From Eledone cirrhosa (lineage: Eukaryota), in the NCBI GenBank assembly GCA_964016885.1, contig OZ024740.1, positions 15,562,001 through 15,626,000 on the forward strand: 64,000 nt of DNA, in the 5' to 3' direction. Of this stretch, positions 45,251 through 55,800 are shown in pieces. Below the pieces are notes generated by a model. That model searched no databases. It saw only the letters and a list, made by a program, of their open reading frames with translations, and was not told the DNA's origin. A program made the position numbers and the translations under genes. Each line of letters starts with the position of its first letter. Within the stretch, counting starts at the first letter, position 1.

Positions 45251-45660
45251 GTTAGGGTTAAAGTTAGGGATTGGGAAAAGGTTAGGGATGGGGATAAAGT
45301 TAGGGATGGGGATAAGGTTAGGGATGGGGATAAAGTTTTGGATGGGGGTAAAGTTAGGGTTAGTTAGGGATAGGATTACAGTTAGAGATTTTGATACGTT
45401 TAGCGTTAGAGTTAGGGATCGGATTACAGTTAGGGATGGGGATAAAGTTAGGGTTAGTGATAGGACAAGATTTAGGATTAGTGTTAGGGATAGGGACAGG
45501 GTTAAGGTTAGGGATAAGGTTAGAGTTAGGGTTACAATTAGGGATAAGGTGAGAGTCAGGGTTACAATTAGGGTAAGGTTAGGGATAAGGTTAGAGTTAG
45601 AGTTACAATTAAGGTTACGGTTCGGGATAGAAGTAGGGTTAGGTTTAGGGATAGGGTTAA
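45251..45660 (+). repeat. Degenerate interstitial telomere-like (TTAGGG)n tract
   Basis: Many TTAGGG plus variant hexamers (TTAGAG, ATAGGG, TTAAGG, ATGGGG, TTACAA), G-rich on +. Includes an 18-bp subrepeat ttagggatggggataa(a/g)g near 45282-45335. Confidence 0.85.
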
Positions 45661-45711
45661 ATAAGCTTTGATTGTTTCTTAAAGAAAAACACAGAGGGAG
45701 CAAGCTATGAT

Positions 45712-45787
45712 ATTTACGACAGATGCAATAATTTACGATAGATGCAATGATTTACGACAGATGCAACGATTTACGACAGATGCAATA
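45712..45787. repeat. 19-bp minisatellite x4 (ATTTACGACAGATGCAATA)
   Basis: Four adjacent near-identical units read directly. Confidence 0.95.
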
Positions 45788-45993
45788 ATTCTGCTATTTC
45801 TCCGCCTTTTGAGAAATCTTATTTATAATATTGACAGAGAATATGTGTTTATTTGTTTGTTCATATATATTTATTGTTAAAGGAAATATTTTACAATATA
45901 TACCCGACAAGGATGACCGCGGGGACCAGACGATCTGATCACTGATTTGTAGAAATTGATCTAACGTTTTATTAGCTCCGAGTATTGTAAAAG

Positions 45994-46831
45994 ATACACA
46001 CATATACACACATATACACACATATACATACCTATACACGTACATACATACACACATATACAGACACATACACGTACACACACATACACACACCTACACA
46101 CATACAAACCCGCCCACATACACATACATACACACATATACATGTACATACACACATACTCACACACATACTCACACACATGCATACACGCACACATACA
46201 TATACACATACTCATACAAATACATACACATACTCACACATACATACACGCACACATACATATATACATACTCATACAGATACATAAACACATATACATA
46301 CACACATACATACTCGCACACATACATATACACATACATACACACGTGCCCACACACATACACACTCGCACGTATACACACACTCATACACGGGCACACA
46401 CACATACTTCCAGACACATACACACACACTCATACACGGGCACACACATACTTCCAGACACATACACATACACACACATACACGTATTCTCGCCTACACA
46501 CACACATACATTCAAATATATATACATATATGCGAAGGTTGTATAACTCACAAACACACATACATTCACACACATCTACATACATACATATGCATATGTG
46601 TGTATGTTTGTATATATATAAGTATGTGCGAATGTATGCGTGTGCGTGTGTTTGTGTGTGTGTGTGTATGCATCTGTGTGTGTATGTGTGTTTATGTTTG
46701 TGTATATATATATGTATGTGTGTGTGTATGTGTGTTGTATGTGTGTCTATGTATGTGTGTGCATGTATGTGTGTGTGTGTGTGTATGTGTGTGTGTATGT
46801 GTGTGCATGTATGTGTGTGTGTGTTGTGTGT
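45994..46831. repeat. Compound CA/TA-rich then TG/TA-rich microsatellite mosaic
   Basis: (CA)/(CATA)-rich to ~46592, then (TG)/(TATG)-rich. The switch falls at the palindrome acatatgcatatgt (46586-46599). Confidence 0.95.
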
Positions 46832-46934
46832 ATCATTATCAAGTTGTAAATTACTAAATGACCACATAGAAAAAAAACTTTAAGTAAACAAATCGGCAGC
46901 AAAAAATTAAGAAAAAGTGGTAAATTTGGGGGTA

Positions 46935-47123
46935 GTAAAGACCTCTTCTGTCATGAATGACCATGGGATTTACACCTATAGAAAGTTCCCCTCCGTGGCA
47001 CAAGTCCAGGTAAAGTTGTTTGTGAAAGACCAGCAGTCACCCATACCAGTCTCCCCCCCTATCCACGCCACCAATGTTGTCAAAGGGAAAGGCAATGGCT
47101 GATACAGCTTGGCACCAGTGACA
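46935..47123 (-). mobile_element. 3' portion of a cephalopod-type tRNA-derived SINE
   Basis: Shares a ~49-bp segment (47074-47122) with the SINE head fragment at 48255-48303, so the two pieces join into one element. The minus-strand tail (...cccatggtcattcatgacagaagaggtctttac) resembles Octopus SINE tails as recalled, not searched. Confidence 0.7.
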
Positions 47124-47267
47124 TAATATATATATATAAATTATAGATTTACTATATATAAACTATATACACCTTATATACACTACATTTAGACTATATA
47201 TACACTAAACTCTATATGATGTTGTCCAAGGGAAAGGCAATGGCTGATACAGCTTGGCACCAGTGAC

Positions 47268-48168
47268 ATAACTTATATATAAAATGCGGTCCGTCCGGCT
47301 GGCGCCTGGCTAGGTATACCTTCCCCCAACACTCCACTGCAAAGATACCACACAGCCTCCCGTGTCACATTGTCCTTCCGACTTCGTAGCAAAGAGGAGG
47401 AGCTACCGTAGAAATGAGTTTAAAAAGAAAGAGTTAAGCTGTGTTGTTAATATACATACATACATATATACATACATACATACATATATATACTTACACA
47501 CATGGTGGCTGCCAACTCGTTTTCGAGTACGGCCACTACTTTATATGTAGGAGAACCCCTACCGATGCGCTGAACGAGTGTGAATTTTTAGTCCAGCCAG
47601 CGACTTGAAAACTCTGGTACAAACACTACACTTGTGACAGTTATTGACACATAGTGCTGGGCCCATGGTACCATGTGATGACAAGTGCAGAGAGATCTCC
47701 AGATACAAAGCAATGCCTGTGCCGTGAAGCTTTTATAGTGAGCAAAGGCACTGCACAAAGCCAGTCCCACTCTCTTAACCAAGATGATATTTACCAAAAA
47801 GAAGAACAAGTCAACATCATTGGATACCATCAGGGTTGCAGGTGTTATATCAGAGTTTTCCTTCTCCTAGAATTCTGCCTTGACAAAGGTTAAGGGGTCA
47901 TCTCTCCCGGTGATTTTGGATGGCCATTGACTCTTAAAAATTCCTTTGCCCTTTGACAGGTTTTGTTTTTAGTCCTGCAGGATGTCCAAAGTCACCCTCC
48001 TCACCAAGAAACATTGGTGGGGTTGCCAGTTTAGTCGCCAACGACCCGACCATGAGACAGGTTGTACTGGGATACATGTTACCAGTAACACCAACTGGTG
48101 ACCTGACATAATACATACATACATACATACATAATACACACGACGCTCAGCTTTATAATATTATAGAT
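47268..48168. mobile_element. Insert within the SINE; possible non-autonomous Helitron-like element with an internal (CATA)n
   Basis: Bounded by duplicated flanks. The minus-strand end reads TCTATAATATTATAAAGCTGAGCGTCG followed by (TATG)n, resembling 5' ends of non-autonomous Helitrons. No convincing hairpin+CTRR 3' end in the matching orientation. Confidence 0.4.
47501..48107 (-). mobile_element. Probable non-autonomous RTE-related retroposon nested in (CATA)n
   Basis: About 600 bp of complex sequence with (CATA)n on both sides. The minus strand contains TCTAGGAGAAGGAAAACTCTGA (plus ~47850-47871), a motif I recall from RTE 5' regions and RTE-dependent SINEs. No coding ORF. Confidence 0.5.
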
Positions 48169-48254
48169 TATCGACTTACTATATATACACTATATATACT
48201 ATATACACCTTATAAACACTGCATTTAGACTATATATACACTAAACTATATATG

Positions 48255-48453
48255 ATGTTGTCCAAGGGAAAGGCAATGGCTGATACAGCTTGACACCAGT
48301 GACGTCACAACATATTTCTACAGCTGAGTAAACTGGATCAACGTGAAATAAAGTGTCTTGCGCAAGGACGCAACGCATCACCCGGTCGGAAAATCGAACT
48401 TACAGCCTTTCGATTGCAAGCCCAATTTTCTAGCCAGTAAGGCATGTGCCTTC
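48255..48453 (-). mobile_element. 5' portion (tRNA-like head and conserved body) of the same SINE
   Basis: Minus strand: gaaggcacaTGCCTTACTGG (A-box-like), aaGTTCGAtttt (B-box-like, plus 48394-48399), then gcgtccttgcgcaagacactttatttcac (CORE-like SINE body motif). Confidence 0.8.
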
Positions 48454-48533
48454 ACAAATTTGGGGGATGGAGACGGAAAAAGTAATATCAAACATCAAAC
48501 AGAAGAGTGGAAATGGAGAAATAAATATATAGT

Positions 48534-48718
<185 letters not shown>

Positions 48719-48724
48719 TGCAAA

Positions 48725-49380
48725 TGAAATGAAATGAAGAAAACAGTCGACAGGGAAAGAATGAAGAAAGAAGTCGATGTCGATGTAAAACAGGCAGGTG
48801 AGGAAGAACAAGAGAAGATGAGGTGAGATAAAATAATGGAATTATGGCAGACGAGAGGGAGAAAATGAAGAAAGCGAGACAACAGGTGAGGAAGAACAAC
48901 AGAAGATAAGATAAAAGAATGGAATGATGGCAAACGAGAGGGAGAAAATGAAGAAAGCGAGACAACAGGTAGGAAGAACAACAGAAGATAAGATTTTAAA
49001 AATAGAAGGATGGCAGACGACAGTTGAGAAAATGAAGAAAAAAGTCGATGGCGATGGAATACAGGCAGGCGACAACAGATGAGGAAGAACAACAGATGAG
49101 ATAAGAAAATGGAAGGATGGCAGACGATAGTTGAGAAAACGGAAGAAAGAGGGACAACAGGTGGTGAAAATGAGTAAAGAAGATGAAATGAAAGGATAGA
49201 CGAGAGAAAGGGGAAAAGAAGGAGGTGAGATTAAAAGAAAACAGTCTAGAGGTGAAGAAAACGTACGGAAGAAAGGCAGACGACAGATAAAGAAAAGAGG
49301 AAATAAGATGACGAGAAAAAGAAATAAAAAATATCTACGACAGACGAGGAAATGGAGAAAATATGAGAAGACAGGAAGAA
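48725..49380. repeat. Purine-rich degenerate tandem repeat (~83-110-bp units)
   Basis: The motif series acaacaggtgaggaagaacaacagaagat...atggcagacga...gagaaaatgaagaaa recurs about 4-5 times, decaying rightwards. Confidence 0.8.
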
Positions 49381-49459
49381 TTAATTAATGGAACTGAACG
49401 ATTTTGACTTTTTTTTTTCTTTACGACTTGTGAAGTAAAGCTTAGTTATAATTGCACCA

Positions 49460-49856
<397 letters not shown>

Positions 49857-49989
49857 GTTGCCAATAAGAAACACACGCACCAGTTGCTTCCACTTCAATT
49901 TAATTTATTATATATTTATAAATTTACAAATTTATAAATTTCTGGTTGGTTGGTTGGTTCCACAACCAGATAGTTGTTTATATATATAT

Positions 49990-50034
49990 AGTCATAGTTC
50001 TTTCGTCACACACTCTGTGACCTCTTCAGTGACT
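49990..50034 (-). ncRNA. Minimal type I hammerhead ribozyme motif 1
   Basis: Minus strand AGUCA-CUGAAGA-G-GUCACA-gagug-UGUGAC-GAAA-G-aa-C-U-A^UGACU. Stem I is 5 bp (AGUCA/UGACU), stem II is 6 bp with one extra G, stem III is 2 bp, and the cleavage triplet is CUA. Confidence 0.75.
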
Positions 50035-50258
50035 TGGGATTTCTTTCTTCGTTTCTGTGCCTTTCCTTTCTTCTATCCTACGCCATTTTGTTTGTGTGTG
50101 ACACACTATATATATATAAACAACTATCTGGTTGTGGAACCAACCAACCAACCAGAAATTTATAAATTTGTAAATTTATAAATATATAATAAATTAAATT
50201 GAAGTGAAAGCAACTGGTGCGTGTGTTTCTTATTGGCAACATGACCCTCCCAAAGTAT

Positions 50259-50495
<237 letters not shown>

Positions 50496-50499
<4 letters not shown>

Positions 50500-50966
50500 G
50501 AGTAAGTAATATTGTAGAACAATAAAACTATGCCTATGTACCACTCAACAGTTGGTAGAACTGGAGTATATATAATAAAGATCAAATAAAGATGGTTATA
50601 ATAGTTCCATATATTTTATTATACGTATTTCGAATACAAAATCATCCTGCGACAGATGTTGTGTTCTCCTCAGATAAAAAATAAGGTAACAAGATATGAG
50701 ACATAATAGCACTTGTTTATAGGGTAGTGCTAAGTCTACATATGACAGAAATATGTGTGTTAATACTATAGTAAGAAATAAATAGGAAAAGAGAAGAAAA
50801 GGAAAGAAGCGAAAAAAGGAAAAAGAAAGAGAAGAAAGAAAAAAAGAAGGAAGGAGAAAGAGAGGGGGGAGAGACTTTTGATCAGGAACGCTGTCAAATT
50901 GATTTTGTATTCGAAATACGTATTATACAATATATGGAACTATTATAACCATCTTTATTTCATCAT
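50496..50966 (-). mobile_element. PLE-like remnant 2: hammerhead-bearing segment plus inverted partial copy
   Basis: 61-bp inverted repeat 50584-50644 / 50900-50960 with two mismatches, overlapping a hammerhead motif. (TA)n on both flanks. Confidence 0.65.
50614..50679 (-). ncRNA. Minimal type I hammerhead ribozyme motif 2
   Basis: Minus strand UUUUAU-CUGAGGA-GAACACAACAUC-loop-GAUUUUGUAUUC-GAAA-U-ACGU-A-U-A^AUAAAA. Stem I is 6 bp, stem II pairs 10 of 12 with canonical G10.1-C11.1, stem III/loop is the palindrome AUACGUAU, and the triplet is AUA. Confidence 0.8.
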
Positions 50967-51245
50967 TATTATATATATATATATATACACACTAATATGT
51001 ATGTGTGTATGATTGTGTATGTATGTGTATGTCTGTACATCTCTGTGTGTGTATGTATGCGTGGATATATATATATATATATCCACGGATACATACACAC
51101 AGAGATATATAGATATAGATATATATATATAGATATATATATATATATAATGGGATATTGTGGGGAGATAGAGAGATAAATAGATAGATAGATTGATAGA
51201 TAGACAGATAGATAGATAGATTGTTTATATACAGTGAGAGAGAGA
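50967..51245. repeat. Microsatellite mosaic (TA, TGTA, GATA) with a TA-centred foldback at 51039-51106
   Basis: atctctgtgtgtgtatgtatgcgtgg-(AT)n-ccacggatacatacacacagagat, and (GATA)n at ~51176-51221. Confidence 0.9.
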
Positions 51246-51444
51246 AAAAGAAAATGAAAGAAACACGTACACATGGTATCGCTGATAGTATTAAATCAAA
51301 ATCAACCAATGAAAAACCAGCACGTTTTGTTCATTGATTACTAAATCTCCTTATATGGAATATTACGTGTGTTATAGCTATTTCAACTTTCTATATCAGA
51401 TGATCGTATGTTTGATTACATCCCACTTACTCCAGCGATATAAC

Positions 51445-52309
51445 TACTAGCTACATTGGTTGGCACTGTGGCGGAGAGTGTAGAGTTGTAGATTCCAAAC
51501 ATATTGGAACTACTACAGTGATATTGACACCGAACTACTGTAGAGTCTAGCAAAATATATGGTACATTGGCACTAAGGAAGCGAATTGGTAGAACTATAG
51601 ATTTTAGCAATACATCTAATGCATTTGCATTATGGAAGAGAATTTGAAGAACTGTAAACTGAAACCATAGATATACTACATTGACACTGTGGGAACGAAT
51701 TTGAAGGATTGTAGATTCCAACGATAGATCTGCTACATTCACTGTGGGAACGAATTTGAAGGATTGCAGATTCCAACGATAGATATACTACATTCACTGT
51801 GGGAACGAATTTGAAGGATTGCAGATTCCAACGATAGATATGCTACATTCACTGTGGGAACGAATTTGAAGGATTGCAGATTCCAACGATAGATATACTA
51901 CATTCACTGTGGGAACGAATTTGAAGGATTGCAGATTCCAACGATAGATATGCTACATTGACACTGTGGGAACGAAGTTGAAGGATTGCAGATTCCAACG
52001 ATAGATCTGCTACATTGACACTGTGGGAACGAATTTGAAGGATTGCAGATTCCAACGATAGATATGCTACATTGACACTGTGGGAACGAAGTTGAAGGAT
52101 TGCAGATTCCAACGATAGATATGCTACATTGACACTGTGGGAACGAATTTGAAGGATTGCAGATTCCAACGATAGATATACTACATTGACACTATGGGAA
52201 CGAATTTGAAGGATTGCAGATTCCAACGATAGATCTGCTACATTGACACTGTGGGAACGAATTTGAAGGATTGCAGATTCCAACGATAGGTATACTACAT
52301 TCACTGTGG
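51445..52309. repeat. 55/57-bp minisatellite (~11 homogeneous units 51677-52309) with diverged units to the left
   Basis: Unit tacatt(ga)cactgtgggaacgaatttgaaggattgcagattccaacgatagatatgc starts at 51677, 51734, 51789, 51844, 51899, 51954, 52011 ... 52296. Decayed homologues such as tacattggcact occur at 51450-51676. Confidence 0.95.
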
Positions 52310-52467
52310 AAGCGGTAAAACCTTGGTAAAGGATCTAAACGATTGGAAAACAGTTATGTCTGTGATTAATTATGTTCAAACATAAAAATTGAATGGAAAG
52401 CTGCTCCTACATCTAGTATGGCGCTGCTTCTCTAGAGATCGTAGACCACAGCCAAAATATTTAAAAA

Positions 52468-52615
52468 GTAGCCAATTGGCTGAGTCGTTAGAGCGTTGGA
52501 TTAAATGTATTGTGATATTTTTCTGGCTCTTTACCCTCGGATATCTAATCTGGCTGAGGACAATTTTGCCTTTCATCGGGGACAATAATAAAAATACAAG
52601 TCGAGGTCAATGAAA
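52468..52615 (+). mobile_element. Old degenerate Octopus-type SINE with Nin/Deu-like domain
   Basis: ttggctgagtcgttagagcgttgg (A-box-like head) followed by gaggacaattttgcctttcatcggggacaataa resembles the recalled Nin-domain motif GAGGTCGACTTTGCCTTTCATCCTTTCGGGGTCGATAA. Recalled, not searched. Confidence 0.6.
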
Positions 52616-52620
52616 TGGCG

Positions 52621-52880
52621 GAAGTAGGGGTCATGATAAGACTAAGTCATCCAACATTAAATATGCCCATTAATAACTCCTTTGACGTGCAGTAAACCTG
52701 TTGAAGTAGGGGTCAAGATAAGACTAGGTACACCAATATTAAATATGCCCCTTAATATCTCCTATGACCTGCAGTAAACCTGTTGAAGTAGGGGTCAAGA
52801 TAAGACTAGGTACTCCAACATTAGATATACCACTTAATAATTCCTATGACCTACAGTTAACCTGTTGAAGTAGGGGTCAA
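52621..52880. repeat. 82-bp tandem repeat x3.2
   Basis: gaagtaggggtca starts at 52621, 52703, 52785 and 52867. Confidence 0.95.
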
Positions 52881-52884
52881 CAAG

Positions 52885-55800
52885 TTGGTGGGTATGTGAA
52901 GTGTGACACCAGTAGTAGCTATCTAATACCTCTCGTTGGTGGGTATGTGTGTGTAACACCAGTAGAGGCTATCTCTTGGTTGTTAGTGGGTATGTGGGTG
53001 TCACACCAGTAAAGGCTATCCTTGGTTGTTGGTGGGTATGTGGGTGTGACACCAATAGAGGCTATTACTTGGCTGTTGGTGGGTATGTGGGTGTAACACC
53101 ATTACAGGCTATCTCTTGGTTGTTGGTGGGTATGTGGGTGTCACACCATTACAGGCTATCTCTTGGCTGTTGGGGGCTATGTGGGCGTGACAACAATAGA
53201 GGCTATCTCTTGACTGTTGGTGGGTATGTGGGTGTGACACCAATAGAGGCCATCTCTTGGCTGTTGGTGGGTATGTGGGTGTAACACCATTACAGGCTAT
53301 CTCTTGGCTGTTGGGGGGTATGTGGGTGTGACACCGATAGAGGCTATCTCTTGAATGTTGGTGGGTATGTGGGTGGGACACCAATAGAGGCTATCTCTTG
53401 GCTGTTGGTGGGTATGTGGGTGTGACACCATTACAGAGTATCTCTTCGCTGTTGGTGGGTATGTGGGTGTGACACCAGTAGAGGCTATCTCTTGGCTGTT
53501 GGTGGATATGTGGGTGTGACACCGATAGGGGCTATCTCTTGGTTGTTTTGGGGTATGTGGGTGTGACACCATTACAGAGTATCTCTTGGCTGTTGGTGGG
53601 TATGTGGGTGTGACACCAGTAGAGGCTATCACTTGGCTGTTGGTGGGTATGTGGGTGTGACTCCAATAGAGGCTATCTCTTGGCTGTTAGAGGGTATGTG
53701 GGTGTGACACCGATAGGGGCTATCTCTTGGTTGTTTTGGGGTATGTGGGTGTGACACCATTACAGGCTATCTCTTGGCTGTTGGAGGGTATGTGGGTGTG
53801 ACACCAATAGAGAGTATCTCTTGGTTGTTTTGGGGTATGTGGGTGTGACACCATTACAGGCTATCTCTTGGCTGTTGGTGGGTATGTGTGTGTCACACCG
53901 ATAGGTACTATCTCTTGGTTGTTTTTGGGTATGTGGGTGTGACACCATTACAGGATATCTCTTGGTTGTTGGTGGGTATGTGGGTGTCACACCGATAGGT
54001 ACTATCTATTGGTTGTTTTTGGGTATGTGGGTGTGACACCAGTACAGGATATCTCTTGGTTGTTGGTGGGTATGTGGGTGTCACACCATTACAGAGTATC
54101 TCTTGGCTGTTGGTGGGTATGTGGGTGTGATACAATAGAGGCTATGCTTGGTTGTTGGTGGGTATGTGGATGTGACACCAATAGAGGCTATCTCTTGGCT
54201 GTTGGTGGGTATGTGGGTGTGACACCAATAGGGGCTATCTCTTGATTGTTGGTCGGTATGTGGGTGTGACACCATTAGAGGCTATCTCTTGACTGTTGTT
54301 GGGTATGTGGGTGTGACACCAATAGAGGCTATCTCTTGGCTGTTGGAGGGTATGTGGGTGTGACACCAATAGGGCTATCTCTTGGTTGTTGGTGGATATG
54401 TGGTTGTGACACCATTACAGGCTATCTCTTGGCTGTTGGGGGATATGTGGGTGTGACACCAGTAGAGGCTATCTCTTGGCTGTTGAAGGGTATGTGGGGG
54501 TAACACCAGTAGTGGCTATCTCTTGGTTGTTGGTGTGTATGCGGGTGTCACACCAATAGAGGCTATCTGTTGGCTGTTGGTGGGTATGTGGGTGTGACAC
54601 CAGTAGAGGTTATCTCATGGCTGTTGAAGGGTATGTGGGTGTAACACCAGTAGTGGCTATCTCTTGGTTGTTGGTGTGTATGCGGGTGTCACACCAATAG
54701 AGGCTATCTGTTGGCTGTTGGTGGGAATGTGGGTGTGACACCAGTAGAGGCTATCTCTTGGCTGTGGTGGGTATGTGGGAATCACACCATTACAGGCTAT
54801 CTCTTGGCTGTTGGGGGATATGTGGGTGTGACACCAGTAGAGGCTATCTCTTGGCTGTTGGTGGGTATGTGGGTGTGATACCAGTAGAGGTTATCTCTTG
54901 GCTATTGCGGTATGTGGGTGTGACACCAATAGAGGCTATCTGTTGGCTGTTGGTGGGTATGTTGGTGTGACTCCAGTACAGGCATTCTCTTGGCTGCTGT
55001 GGGTATGTGGGTGTGACACCATTACATGCTATCTCTTGCCTATTGGTGGGTATGTGGGTGTAACACCAATAGAGGCTATCTCTTGGTTGTTGGTGGGTAT
55101 GTGGGTGTGACACCAATAGGGGCAATCTCTTGGTTGTTGGTGGGTATGTGGGTGTGACACCAGTAGAGGTTATCTCATGGCTGTTGAAGGGTATGTGGGT
55201 GTAACACCAATAGGGGCAATCTCTTGGTTGTTGGTGGGTATGTGGGTGTGACACCAGTAGAGGCATTCTCTTGGCTGTTGGTGGGTATATGGGTGTGACA
55301 CCAATAGAGGCTATCTCTTGGCTGTTGGTGGGTATGTGGGTGTAACACCAGTACAGGCTATCTCTTGGTTATTGGTGTATATGCGGGTGTCACAGCAATA
55401 GAGGCTATCTCTTGGCTGTTGGTGGGTATGTGGGTGTGATACCATTACAGGCTATCACTTAGTTGTTGGTGGGGATGTGGGTACGACACCAGTAGAGGCT
55501 ATCTCTTGGCTGTTGGTGGGTATGTGTGTGTGACTCCAGTAGAAACTATCTCTTGGCTATTGTGGGTATGTGGGTGTGACACCATTACAGGCTATTACTT
55601 GGTTGTTGGTGGGTATGAGGGTGTGACACCTATAGAGGCTATCTGTTGGCTGTTGGTGGGTATGTTGGTGTGACTCCAGTAGAGGCATTCTCTTGGCTGC
55701 TGTGGGTATGTGGGTGTGACACCATTACAGGCTATCTATTGCCTGTTGGTGGGTATGTGGGTGTGACTCCAATAGAGGCTATCTCTTGGCTGTTGGAGGG

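Noticed and set aside
45935-45960. CTGATCA...GAAA hammerhead-like string
   Set aside because: Does not match CUGANGA and lacks the stems.
45155-46883. LTLTL/VRVR and HTHT/CVCV ORFs
   Set aside because: Low-complexity products of telomere-like and dinucleotide repeats.
48380-48453. tRNA gene
   Set aside because: Degenerate A/B boxes without a clean cloverleaf, continuing into a SINE body.
51532-51542. 11-bp match (tacagtagttc, minus strand) to the satellite A monomer
   Set aside because: Too short to exceed chance expectation in this amount of sequence.
52554-52620. CTGAGGA...GAAA as a third hammerhead
   Set aside because: No stem II closing pair adjacent to the core and no stem I; it lies within a decayed SINE.
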